DNA of 46,349 nt, counting the filler, from Catajapyx aquilonaris (lineage: Eukaryota): assembly GCA_000934665.2 (NCBI GenBank). It is 2 parts of 2 records of this genome, joined end to end, with 100 filler letters (N's around TTAATTAATTAA, not from the genome) between each part and the next. Parts side by side here need not be neighbours in the genome. Positions count along the whole stretch, not along the records: positions 23,263 to 46,349 come from JYFJ02005744.1; 1 more part is not named here. One strand, 5' to 3'. Of this stretch, positions 23,739 through 36,200 are shown one piece after another. The notes below the pieces were generated by a model. That model ran no database searches. It worked only from the letters and a program-made list of their open reading frames with translations, and was not told the origin of the DNA. Position 1 is the stretch's first letter. The number at the start of each line of letters is the position of its first letter. Position numbers and translations under genes: made by a program.

Positions 23739-24940
23739 CAGTGCCGGATTTAGGCATGTGCGAAGAGTGCAACTGCACCAGGGCCCCTCACCAAAAAGGC
23801 CCCCCCACCATGCATAACCACCAAAATAAAACAAAAGCCATGCGCTTGGATTCATTAAAATTAGCAAAAGCATAGGAAAGTCTATCGTTTATCCGCACCT
23901 AGCGACGAGGCGGGGTTGGGAGGACGTGGTGGGCTCCAAACATGTTGGCTACGGATTGCAAGCAATCGGTTGCCGGCAGAGCACAACAAATAGTGTCTTC
24001 TTACCCCTGCCACGCGAACCGATCAGACGAGTGCTAGGACCACAGTATTAATGAAGGAGGTGGGAAATATGTAAGCCGTGATGGTAGCTGCAGTCCATTA
24101 ACCCAAAGAACGACATGATGTCACACCATAAGCCGTGTTTTATGAGCGTGTGCAGTAATATGCCTGCAGAGTGAGTTGTGGGCATGATTGGAGGGGAGAG
24201 CAGGGTGGAGGCAGGCGGAACTTGGCGTCATGGCGTTCCTTGATTTAACGGACTGTGTGAAGGTGTACTTTGCGCTTGGCCTGCGGCGCACAATGAGGAC
24301 CGCATTGTACGCGTATACAAACCCACAATAAGTGCCCAGCTCCGCTATCGCTCCGCAAAAACTACATATATCACGCACAGGCGACGTACCGTGCCTGGCA
24401 GGGCCACAACATTGGACAGTACTGTTGCGGTAACAAAACACCATACAGCAACACCACGACAAAGGGCTATTCCATCCACTTAATCACCTCAAAATCCCGA
24501 ATTGAATCCCCGAAATGATGAAAATAACATTGACATTTACCCGGATCATAATACACGTAGGGCCCCTCTCCGCATCGTTTGCAGTCTTGCCTACAAGACC
24601 CACCTCCATACACCACGCCACTATGGTCTTCATGCCTCCTTGGCACATTGAGAAAAATTCTAATTTGGCTGGCAGCAGTATCAAGGCACCCGATTGTTTG
24701 CGACGCAACGTTGCCAAGCGTCGGGAGGCCCCCCACCTGACCAACTCCGACGGCGTTGTTAAGGTGCGGATAAACAATAGTTTATCCAAAGCATAAACTG
24801 TAATTTTATTTATGTATCATTAACATAAATATTTAAAAAGTGATTTAGGGGAAGTATGGATCACTACTAATCCAGTAGCACAAGGGGGCCCCCACCAAAA
24901 AAATCTGCACGAGGGCCCCCCGTTCAGTAAATCCGGCGCT
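23739..24940. mobile_element. Non-autonomous hAT-like element
   Basis: Termini CAGTGCCGGATTTA / TAAATCCGGCGCT, subterminal GGGCCCC motifs at both ends, TSD (C)CTGGCCT at 23731-23738 and 24941-24947. Confidence 0.8.
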
Positions 24941-25460
24941 CTGGCCTGCTGCTGACCACCTCTTCAGACCTCGTCAAGTCTCCCCCTGACACAGAGGAGT
25001 GTAGATATTTGGAAAACATTACGAAAAAGCAGGTATAGGACACCTTTACGTTGCAAAGATCTTCTGGCATTTGCTTGTAAAAAAATTTCTTCTTCAGGTA
25101 CAAATGATTCAAATGATTGGATACACCCTTCTAAACAGCAACTTTGGGAAAGAATGATTTGCCACTTCAGTGATTTTATAATCACAAAATCACACAGGCA
25201 GATTCTCCATTTAGGTACTTTAGTCAGATTATTTGTAACTTATAAATGTCATATTTTATAATCCTAGTAAGTTTATTCTGTATTCACCAATTGTATAAAC
25301 CAGGCCATACATACTATTCCAAACACAGGATCCACAGATTATACAAGGTGAAGGGAAACTCGCGGACAATCGCCAGGTAGACTCACGGTTGTTAGAGTAT
25401 ATCCTTCCTATGGTTGGACCGTCCGGCTAGTGGGCGGTGATTGGTGGAGGGGGAAAACGT

Positions 25461-26837
25461 CACGGTGAGGATAAATTCAAACTGGGATAGGGCTTTCCAT
25501 GCAATGCCATTTACTTTACGTAATTATTTTCACACACTTCTAAGTGAGCTAAAAATTTGAGAATTGGCAGACCTGTAACCCAGACATCCAAGACAACGTC
25601 AAATGTCCCGAATCACACATTCTCGCCCTGGGGCCGGCCCACGGGCGAAAGTTCTTAGGCAAGGCAAAAAGGGCATAATTCCCTTCTTGGCTAACCGAAT
25701 GACACAAATTGGCACACTGAACACTGACATTGAAATGAAAGTAGTGGTAAAAGCACGAGAACCTAATCGCTCTGCTTCGGGGCGGCCAAGAGGCTTGTAT
25801 AAAAGTGGGAAGATGCACAGAAATTGTTAGAGGATACTGAAATACAAGTACTTCATGACTTTATTGTTTATTGCCATTGCCAACACCGACGATAATATTT
25901 TCAGATATGATGAAGTATGATTCTGTTAAAGATTATATTAGTATTTTACGTCAGTACAAGTTAAGTGCAATAAAGGATGAAACATAATAAGACTGCAGTG
26001 GTATTTTGACAATATTTTGGCACATCAGGCTTTTGTTTCAGAAGGAAAAGTGGACATCTGCGTACCGTATATTGGGGGCCTAACTTCATTACCACGCACA
26101 TGCATCTGGGTGCATCACGTGCACAAATATTTTGGAGAAGCTGCTTTTTTATTAGCTGCGCTGACTCACGGCTGTTCGTGTAGTTTATTGTTTGTCCCGC
26201 TGGAGTCCCGTCATTTTGTCCGGGTCCGAACCTTCATAAGATTACGTTTTTTAAACGAAACATTTCTGGAAGAGAGGGCAACACGTGCAGCAGGTAGGAA
26301 AAAGAAGAAGTGGAAGAAATCTGCCGTTTAATTTTTATCGCGGATTTTGCAGACATTGCCACGTACATTATTATTATTATTATTATTGCAACAACAAGAA
26401 CATCATCATCATCATCACCACCATAATAATAATAATAATCATCATTATCATCATAATAATAATGTGTTATGTTGTGGTACATGCAAAGGTACATGTCTTC
26501 ATATACGTGCAAAGTGTGTGGTGGTGTGGATTGTGTTACAATCTTTGCGTAAGTTTGTCGGTGGTTCAATGTCAGTGTTCAGTGTGCCAATTTGTGTCAT
26601 TCGGTTAGCCAAGAAGGGAATTATGCCCTTTTCCCTTGCCTAAGAACTTTCGCCCATGGGCCGGACCCAGGGCGAGAATGTGTGATTCGGGACATTTGAC
26701 GTTGTCTTGGATGTCTGGGTTACAGGTCTGCCAATTCTCAAATTTTTAGCTCACTTAGAAGTGTGTGAAAATAATTACGTAAAGTGCATGACATTGCATG
26801 GAAAGCCCTATCCCAGTTTGAATTTATCCTCACCGTG
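25461..26837. mobile_element. Non-autonomous Chapaev-like (CMC) element with ~274-bp TIRs
   Basis: Near-identical TIRs 25461-25734 and 26565-26837, CACGGTG...CACCGTG termini, 4-bp TSD ACGT; internal (ATT/ATC/AAT)n at ~26368-26463. Confidence 0.8.
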
Positions 26838-27351
26838 ACGTCACGCCAAAAGCCACGGTCACGTGACAAGAGCAAATCTGTCGGGACGGCTCCCCCCTAA
26901 AACTAATATACTGTAGGGATGTGTAATTAGTTTTGGATGCAGTCACATAGGTAATGCGTACGGTGCCGTCCAAGTTTTGTGACGTCACATCCGCTCTGCA
27001 AGCTTCAAAGAAGCAAAAGCCAGCTTGAGGCCCTCCAAATAATCCAGCCTTGGATCCATAACACATCGTCCATGTGCAATAGGTGCTTACCAAATAAATC
27101 CCCATTTAGAACAGCATACCCAATCTTTATAGTTTAGGCACTCCAGGATTACTTTTTACTAGAAAATACCAGATTATTTGATTGGTGTCTTCTACCTGTA
27201 TACCATGCATAGAGCATACCATGCATACCATGCTCTTGGGACCACCCTGAACATGGATGAGGATGCAGCTAAATGAAACTTTGATGTGATCATAGCATTC
27301 TCATCTGTAGCTAATTCCAGCGCTCTAGGCCAAGTTGTACCACCTAATGTA

Positions 27352-28276
27352 CGAGGAGTGATCAAAAAGTAAGGTCTCCAAGTCTGTAACCTTTATTCTG
27401 TATGAACACAAATGACGAAACTTACAGGGTAGATGAGGACAATGGACATCTACTTTTCTACATAGTTTCCACCCCGAAGAATGCACTTATCCCATCGCCA
27501 GACCAGTTTCTCAATCCCTTCCCAATAGAAAGGGGTGCCCTGTTGACAGCACCAGTCACGCAGCCTTCTTCACCTCATCGTCGCTTCGGAAACGCTGACC
27601 TACCATGTCTGCTTTCAGGGCTCTGAATAAGTGATAGTCTGTGAGGGCTAGGTCGGGACTATAGGGTGGGTGAGAAAGAACTTCCCAGTCGTATCCCTTC
27701 AGCAAAGGCATGGTGTCCCTCGATGTGTCCGGACGGGCGTTGTCGTGGAGAAGGATGACCCCAGCAGTGAGCAATCCTGGTTGTTTCCACCTGATGGCCT
27801 TCTGCAACTTCGCCAGGGTCACTGCGCTCCGAATTGATAGTCGCAACTTCCAGGATTGCTCACTGCTGGGGTCATCCTTCTCCACAACAACGCCCGTCCG
27901 GACACATCGAGGGACACCATGGCTTTGATGAATGGATACGACTGGGAAGTTCTTTCTCACACACCCTATAGTCCCGACCTAGCCCTCACAGCCTATCACT
28001 TATTCAGAGCCCTGAAAGCAGACATGGCAGGTCAGCATTTCCGAAGCGACGATGAGGTGAAGAAGGCTGCGTGACTGGTGCTGTCAACAGGGCACCCCTT
28101 TCTATTGGGAAGGGATTGAGAAACTGGTCTGGCGATGGGATAAGTGCGTTCTTCGGTGTGGAAACTGTGTAGAAAAGTAGATGTCCATTGTCCTCATGTA
28201 CCCTGTAAGTTTCGTCATTTGTGTTCATACAGAATAAAGGTTACAGCCTTGGAGACCTTACTTTTTGATCACTCCG
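27352..28276. mobile_element. Palindromic mariner derivative made of two inverted 3' halves
   Basis: Arms 27352-27780 and 27850-28276, each carrying GVILLH(D/N)NARP..PYSPDLA...HLF and the 3' TIR (GGAGTGATCAAAAAGTAAGG); TA on both flanks. Confidence 0.93.
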
Positions 28277-28344
28277 TAGATCATCGACTGGAGGTCTGAC
28301 AGATGTTACCAATTGCAGTTTATCAGTTAGCAATGAGATTACAT

Positions 28345-29051
28345 GAGGTGCTGAAAATCAAAAACCACCAGCTCCAAAAAACAAAAAAAATTAGTTAGCA
28401 CCGGCAATGCATTCCTCATGCCATGGAGTACATAATACCTTAATATGGTATTTAAAACCCTACAACAAAGCCGTCAAATGCAGGGGTGAAAAGCGACCTC
28501 CGTAACAAAAACCGCCAGCTCCATCCCCACTCGCAGAAAATTACAGATCAAAAGCCGCCAGCTCCATCCCCACTCGCAGAAAATTACAGATCAAAAACCG
28601 CCAGCTCCATCACGAAACTAAAGCTGACATGGGAGACAGTACATACTGTGAAGCTCGTATGGATAACGATGGTGCGAATGAGATTTGCATTTAACAGAAC
28701 ACCTTGCATAATGTAATGGAACATTGGTATGTAAGCGTGGAATAAACTTAAACATTTACACACCGGATAAACTTGTGTTTCATGTTTCCCTCACTCAATT
28801 TTGCATAAAAAACCGCCAACTCCAGCTGTTGCAAATCAAAAACCGCCCAGTGGCGGAATGGACGGTTCACAGCTCATTAGGTAATGGCGGATGATTTCAT
28901 GATAACTTACCAATGGTTGTGTTGCTAGTAAAGGTATCTATAGCCGCTACATTCAGGTGTCTACGTTGACATACGGCGAAACTGTAGGTTTTTCTCGTTT
29001 TTCTCCGTTACGTTTATGACGGAGCTGTCGGTTTTTGATTTTCAGCACCTC
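28345..29051. mobile_element. Non-autonomous Sola2-like TIR element
   Basis: TIR GAGGTGCTGAAAATCAAAAACC...AGCTCC, GAG...CTC termini, 4-bp TSD ACAT (28341-28344, 29052-29055), internal AAAAACCGCCAGCTCC repeats and a ~42-bp tandem duplication at ~28512-28600. The family call rests on termini and TSD only. Confidence 0.72.
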
Positions 29052-31389
29052 ACATCTGCTATTCTGCTAATTCTGACTCCCTTCTGACAAAGCTGTCAAG
29101 TGCAGCTTCCCTCTCAGTATTATCATGCACCCAGCTCCTTATTTACACCAGCAAGAGCTAATGACACCAGTAACATTAACATGTTGTATACTAGATCCTT
29201 GCTATGGCTCTAAATATTAGTACAAAGTCTGAACAGCATGTTGTTCTATGAGACTTTCCAGTAGCCTACCTAGCTAATCTATTCACTTCTACACCATTCC
29301 TGAAACATCACATCACAGTTGTCCCAAATGTCAGTCGTACATAAACCCACCCTCCTAGGCTATGACATTGTTTATGAAAGGCTGTAAGAGCCAGTTGTAT
29401 CAATGCAAATTAATCAGAAAATCTCTCCTTGTCAGATTATAATTATATGGTGAGTGCCAGTACATAATCATAAATTTTTAATTTGCTTTCATACAACGGG
29501 CCCTAAGTTACAAATCCGTTTCTTACAACTCTCCATCAGATCCCATTAGTCATACCACCATATTAGTAATTACGCATAATCCTATGCATATCAACAAACA
29601 CCCAATGTTTGTAATTACAAAACACATTGCCCGAGAACGTCCTCGCTTATTCCCTCACCCCATGCATGGAATACACCTACCCGCAACGTGCACGACAACT
29701 ACTTACATGGGCACTGCATAAGCATGCCTACCGCCATGTTCAGACCCATCATGTGCTCTGCGGTATGACACTACACGAATTTGGTACCAGCACACGTGAA
29801 TTGAAGGTGGAAAAAATGGCTGCATCACTTTCCCTTGGGTGACCTTGCCTTCCTCTGGGGAATTATGCAGGCTCCACTTTCCCCTCCGTTTTGCTTTCCA
29901 GATGAAGATGGCCAACAGATTATGCAGGACCCTGCCCACTTATACTCGCTAAACCAGGGCAGACAACAAACCTGTTTGCCTCTCTTGGGCGACTTACATA
30001 TGTGAGAAGCCATATGCAAGCAATCCAGCTGGACGTCACCAAGGCCAAGTGATTCAGAATACACGCGCCCCAAACATCGCGTCGGACACAAATCGGACCT
30101 AATTATGGAACCAGATGGTAGGTGGCAGGGCGCTCAGGCTACTCAATACGGTACCACTCTGCCCTGCTCTGCCGGACCTTGAGGCCATTTGGTAGGACTA
30201 GGAGCTGTAGGCTGGGGGGACACCTTAGCCATCTGGGGGTTGGCTACAGAAGGATATGCTCAAGGTTTAAACGCTGAGAATAAGGCGCAAATAGCCATTG
30301 CACAAGTGGAATGGGTGGTGGGTTATTTGAAAGGCGACAGTAGTGCGTAATGGATTCCCAAATCAAATCAGCTGCTGCTTAGAATCAGATCTGATGTAGA
30401 CAAACAGCATCTAGTGAATAATGTATACTTGATGCTGTTTGTCTTATAAGTAGTGATTGAATCAGGTGTTGCAATAGGTGAACCTAGTCCGATCTGTTTG
30501 GCAAGATGGGACTATAGGACAACATGGGTAGGGTTGGAGGGAACAGGTCAAAAGGAGTGTATAGCATGAGATGGGTTAGGTGAGAAACTTGTGCATAATT
30601 GTACAAGCCAATATGTATAAAACTGCCTGTATGACTTTATTGGGAGGTGGTCATCATACACATCAGACAACTATTATGTAGCTAGGTGGGTCACCTTATT
30701 GCTCACAATGGAGATAATCACTCATCTCTAATATAGATGGTCCTGCAAAAAGTCCTTAAATGCCACCTGAATTTTATTTGTATTAACCTAACTCATCTTA
30801 ACCTACTCTATTTAATCACTTCAAAATAAAACCTTTATTTCGCAAATTATTTGATACTTACATTGGCAGTCATGGGCAGATTCACGGTGATGTACTGTGA
30901 CACTTATTTTCCTATCAGAAATCCAGTATAGAGATCAGTGAGTAGGACAGACTAGCCAGATAGCCCAGATTACCTGCCACAGTGTCCAGGTTGAAAACAG
31001 TGACATGTCAAAACACCTTAAAAATAGGTAGAAAGTCTCACTTTCCATTTCCAGAATTTTCTGATAGGCTTTCAATTTCAAAATCTCATTCCAAAAATAT
31101 CACGTCACCATCTTTGAGATGATTCAGAATAACACCCTTGGACACAATTTTGAATTTAAAACTTTCATTTTCAACAAAACTGAGTATGATAACCATGTTC
31201 TTCAAAGAGCTTCAAGAAAGACCTATTACACTTCATTTGCTTGTCTTTCAAGAGTTACAGGTCTCCAACAGCACATGGCTTACCAAAATAAGGATCAAAT
31301 TGCATGCCTGTTTCACACTGGAATAAGTTTCTGCAACCATGATTTGCAGCTGGAAACAAACTTTCTGGTGGTTGATACAGTGCCATACA

Positions 31390-31939
31390 CAGGAAATCCC
31401 CAGTTTACGAACGACCGGACTTACGCCTATTCGTACTTAGGAACAGGCCCCCAAGGCTCTCCAGTAGGATCATTTGGATGGTGTTATGCAATAATGTGTC
31501 AACCCACAAAAATGTCAAGATTGAATTAAGCCAATGAACATATACCCAAAGAATCGTACTGCAATCAGTTAAAATCAATCAGGCGAAATGTGCATACTTC
31601 TGCCATAAATGACCAAAAAGGACACTGCATTAATTTCACGGGTGTGACATTCAAAGCTGTTTCTCAAAACTGTTCTCATATGGGTTGACTCATTATTGCA
31701 TAACACCATCCATTTATAAATTATCCATCCACTTTTAATCACTTCTGCATATGTTGACTGACACCAAGGTCAACATAATACTGTATAATTAATAAATTAT
31801 TGGGGAACTAAGTTCTTCTGCGTATGTAAGCAGTTTGTTGGAGAAGCATATTTACGCTGCATGTATGCACTGTTCCTCATGTATTCGAGTTACGTACATT
31901 TTCAGGGACGTAACGTGTTCGTAGACTGGGGACTTCCTG
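31390..31939. mobile_element. pogo/Tigger-like MITE
   Basis: TIR CAGGAA(A/G)TCCCCAGT(T/C)TACGAAC at both ends; TA on the right flank. Confidence 0.7.
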
Positions 31940-32018
31940 TATATTATACATGAACAGAAGATGACCATTGGCAATTGACCTACGGCCCTAGCACGGGGTA
32001 CCAAAAAAAACACACACA

Positions 32019-32326
32019 GCCTTGTCTTCACTAAGGCGTGGGGACGTGAAAATTCAACTTTTCGAAGCTAACCTAACCTAACCTAACCTACCCTACCCTA
32101 CACTAACTAAGTAACCTAGGCTGAGAAAAATTGACTTTTGTGAAACCCTACAACTGAAAATAGTGGGGACATGTCCCCACTAATTTACACATGCCCCCAC
32201 TCTAATAGTACACAGTGTGTGAGAAACACTGTGGGGACCGAGAAATGTCCCCACAATGCGGACTAGTCCCCACAGCTTCAGTAGAAACCCAGACCTACGT
32301 CCCCAGACCTTATTGAAGACATGAAC
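32019..32326. mobile_element. TIR element with internal (CCTAA)n, flanked by (CA)n
   Basis: TIR TGTCTTCA(C/A)TAAGG..TGGGGACGT; repeated GTGGGGAC/GTCCCCAC motifs; CCTAA repeats at ~32068-32100; CACACACA on both sides. Confidence 0.65.
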
Positions 32327-33289
32327 ACACACAAAAAAAAAACGCCAGATATGAATGAGCAGGTTGAGCACGAGACCGAAAACCGTCTTTTTAAATATAC
32401 CGAGCGAAATATGAAGCTCATATTGAAACAAACCAAACTGACACTGAGACCAAAACTGTAGACACTTCTTAGCATTTCAAAACTTAAATCATTTAGATAT
32501 GTCTACAAGTTTTCGAATTATAGGGTTTCAAAATCGGCACATTCTTTTTCGATCACCCTGTAATTCATAACATGCAGTTTCCATTATTTATAAACTTCTG
32601 CTTTGGCAGTATAAAATCCCAAATATGGACAAGATAGAGCCTACCCCAGATATAAGAGCCTAGGCTGTAAGCAACCCTCAATTACAGCCAACTCAAAAGG
32701 CTGGTCCCAGCTTATGTTTTCATATAATTATGCCCTATGCATTTGTATATAGGAAACATCAGATATATGATACCTTACTGATTTCTGTGGTCCCTTGATG
32801 CCTTATATCTGGAGTCTACTGTATTATATTTCAGAGTCAGACTCAAGATAAAGCAAGGGGGGATGACAACACCTGTTGTACCACCAGCCCTTATCTAAAA
32901 AGTAAAACTTCTTAGGTCTTTGCTTGGAATGTTCTTGTCCTCACAAAAAAATTATTTCCCCGTTTCCAGGACACGTGATTTCCTTCTGGCAGTATTTAAA
33001 TTGTTAACGTGCAATTCCCAAGTCAGAATGACTGTTAGTGACAATTTCTGTATTATCCATGTGAAGACATCAGAAATGTTGCACACTCTTACTCCATGTT
33101 GATAAGTCTGGGTTGAATGGCATGAACAGCCAACTTCTGGGGCACAAGAAAAGTAACAGATCTCCTTTATTACCATACTTTATTGTGTCATTGCTTTTCT
33201 TTTGGCTACCAACTTGAAAAACATCCTGTGAGATGCAGTTTATGGGTGTGTGTCAGGTGATAAAGTATGTACTAAACATCACACTTGGA

Positions 33290-36200
33290 TCAGCATAGTA
33301 GGCGAATTGTGCCGCTGTCAGCTCCCAGAAGCAGCATTTGGTTGAGTGGGAGAACTCTCATGCTGGTGAGGACTCCTTTGAATGTGTCAGAGCGAAGACG
33401 GGTGGACGAAAAGGATGAATTAGCATCCACCGATGTATGCACACCGATGCGGTTAGCCGTAGTGCCCGAGATCAGTTCAGTCCCATATGAACACAGACAA
33501 TGCACAGGTTCGCTTGGTCCCCTGTGAAAATGAGACATGTCACTTGCCTTTTATGACCTATCATTTACAACCCTGACTTACCTGAGGTGGAATCTGAATT
33601 TTCCTTCATCACTACTCCAGACAGACACAAGCTGATCTAGAGAGCTGCTTACAAATGTGTTGTTGTTGACTGCCACAATTTGCAAAACCTGCAATAAGAA
33701 ATGTTATAAAACATAGAATCGACAGCTCAAGCTACATCATACCTCTCCTTCATGGCCTTTACATGAGCCCAACAACATTCCAGTGCGTACATCCAGTACA
33801 GACAGGGCACCTGTTGAATGGCCCACAGCAACCCAGTGCCCATCAGGGCTCACAGCCATGCATCGAATTAGTCCCGCTGGACCCAATGATGCCTGCATAT
33901 AAAAAATCAATAAGTGCTTACTAAGCTTACATTATATTCAAATAACAAAACATTGCATAAATCCTCTCTTGCAGTCATGGCAGCACCCTTCACAAACAAA
34001 AATTGAAGTGCTGTATGACTACACTATGAAACATGATATTTGTCCATGAAAATTATTGCTATTTCCATGTTCCTTATTAGGTCACAAGTAACTCATAATG
34101 GGCATTCATTTTGTCTTTATTGGTCTTTGACTTCGGGGCAGTCAAAAACCAAAATCCTCAAATATAGCATGTTTTTCCCAATCAAGAGGGCCTAAATGTT
34201 GCTGGACCATCTCGTATATTTCTGAAAATAATCACAGCTGTACACACCTATGCCGTAACACTGCATGTCAAGTTCAGGCAAATTGTGAAATACAGTGGGA
34301 GGGAAAAAATCGCGAAATTTTGAAAATGGGGCCTTTTTTGGATTTTTTTTTCAGTCCCCTATTAACATATACATAAAGTGACAGAGAAACGCGAGCAGAA
34401 TGGGTCAGTAAAATTTGTGTTTTTGTACAATGCACTCAGAAAAACATGTATGTCATTTCATCAATCACATGTCCAAGAATTTGGCTTCATTAAAATTAAT
34501 GGTAATTCAGCAAACATATCTATTATTTTCTCGCGAGCCATGCATGACCTAGGATTGACACTGAATATATTGAATCTTGTATGGGTCACAACTCCTGTCA
34601 CCAAATATGGCTGCTCTTACGCAAATACATCATAAACACTTGGACACGTTACTGAGCATGTGACCGACGGAATGCCATACATGTTTTTCTGAGTGCATTT
34701 TTGAGAAAATGAAATTCCATAGGCGCATTCTACTTGAGTATCTCTTCCATTTGATGTATAGGTTGATTGTGTTTTGACCACTTCCAATAACTGAAAGAAA
34801 TTATCCAAAAGTTTCAAAATTTCGCGATTTTTTCCCTCCCCACGTTATTTCGCAATTTGGCTGAAACTTGATAGGCATTGTTATGGCATAGGTGTGTACA
34901 TCTGTGATTTTTTTCAGAAAAATCTGAGATGGTCTAGCAACATTTAGGCCCACTTGATTGGGAAAAACATGCTATATTTGAGAATTTTGATATTTTGCCT
35001 GCCCCGAGGTCAAAAACAAATCAAAGACAAAATGAATGCCCATTATGAGTTACTTGTGACTTAAGGGACATGAATATGATGATGAATTTCCATGGACAAA
35101 AAAAAAGGCAAATTTTGTTGCATAGAGCCTGGAGTCACCCTACTCTTTAGCTTACCCAAGTGCCCATATTTTAATAAATATGGCTATAATAGTAGTGTTC
35201 TAGCAAATGAAGTATGCTTAGTGGAAGGGCGGCATGGTGGTCTAGTGGTTACGCTACTGGCCAGCCAAGCGGGAGGCCGGGGTTCATATCCCGTCCCCGT
35301 CACCTCTGCTTGGCCGGGTCTTTTTCCGCTTTTCACATGACATGCTGGAGCAGAATTGCACTCCCTTCTCTGCTCGGGGCCAGGAGAAAATGCCTGGTGT
35401 TAAAGAATGTCAGAAATGGCTATCACACGGCGCCCTCCCTTGGGAACTTCCCCTTCCCCCCTAAGAGGGCCACGAGCCATATCACGGGGTAACCAAAAAA
35501 AATGACAGTATTGGCCCCCACACTAAAGTATAAACCAGCCTTTATGCAAAACCAGCTCACATGAATGCTGTCGTGTCCATTTGAAAGTCTAATGATGCAA
35601 AGCAAAGTTATGTCAGTGTCATTGAAGGTCTTGTTTTTCCCACCTTCACTCAATAATCCAACCACTTGAGCAATTGGACACCACGTCAGAAATTAAATGG
35701 TGTATATGTAAGTGGCCTGGTCTAACCTCACCTTGAGTTCATTAACGTAGCCACATGTTCGAACATCAATAAACCGGACAGTAGCATCCATAGTGGCAGC
35801 CAGGAGTTGCGTGCTTGGTGGTGGCATGGCCCGAAGTACATTGACAGGGCTACCTCGAGGGTTGTCCATTTGTCGCACTAGCATACCCATAAATGGGTCC
35901 CAAATGTGCACTGTTGAATCGCATGAAGCAGCTAGACGAAGTGACTCCAGAAAGGTGACACCAAACACTGATTTCTTGTGATTGGTGTATGTCCACTGGC
36001 AGTATGTGGTGCTTTGCCCATCACCCTAGAATAACAAAAAAAAATTGTACTACCAACTAGCTTAAGATTCACAGAGTCCTCTACTGCTATTGTCTACCTG
36101 TATAAACATGCAGAGTAATTGTTGTTAATAACATACTGGTTTAGTTTAAAATCTGCTATTAGGTGATTCTTCACCAGAACAGCAATATGGGCACTTTTCC

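Noticed and set aside
24467..24796. Cys-containing ORFs inside the hAT-like element (captured gene?)
   Set aside because: No recognisable motif, splice structure or transposase similarity by eye; a BLASTX would settle it.
25461..25500. True RSS / RAG-transposon end
   Set aside because: Heptamer-like CACGGTG, but no ACAAAAACC-like nonamer at 12 or 23 nt; TIRs are symmetric and the TSD is 4 bp, not 5.
26234..26643. Poly-His, poly-Ile and poly-Tyr ORFs
   Set aside because: Trinucleotide microsatellite inside a TIR element.
28500..28620. CRISPR-like repeat-spacer pattern
   Set aside because: The spacers are identical (tandem duplication) and lie inside a TIR element in eukaryotic DNA; no cas genes.
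29600..30750. Possible decayed LINE coding sequence
   Set aside because: Composition is suggestive, but I could not read any reverse-transcriptase or endonuclease motif.
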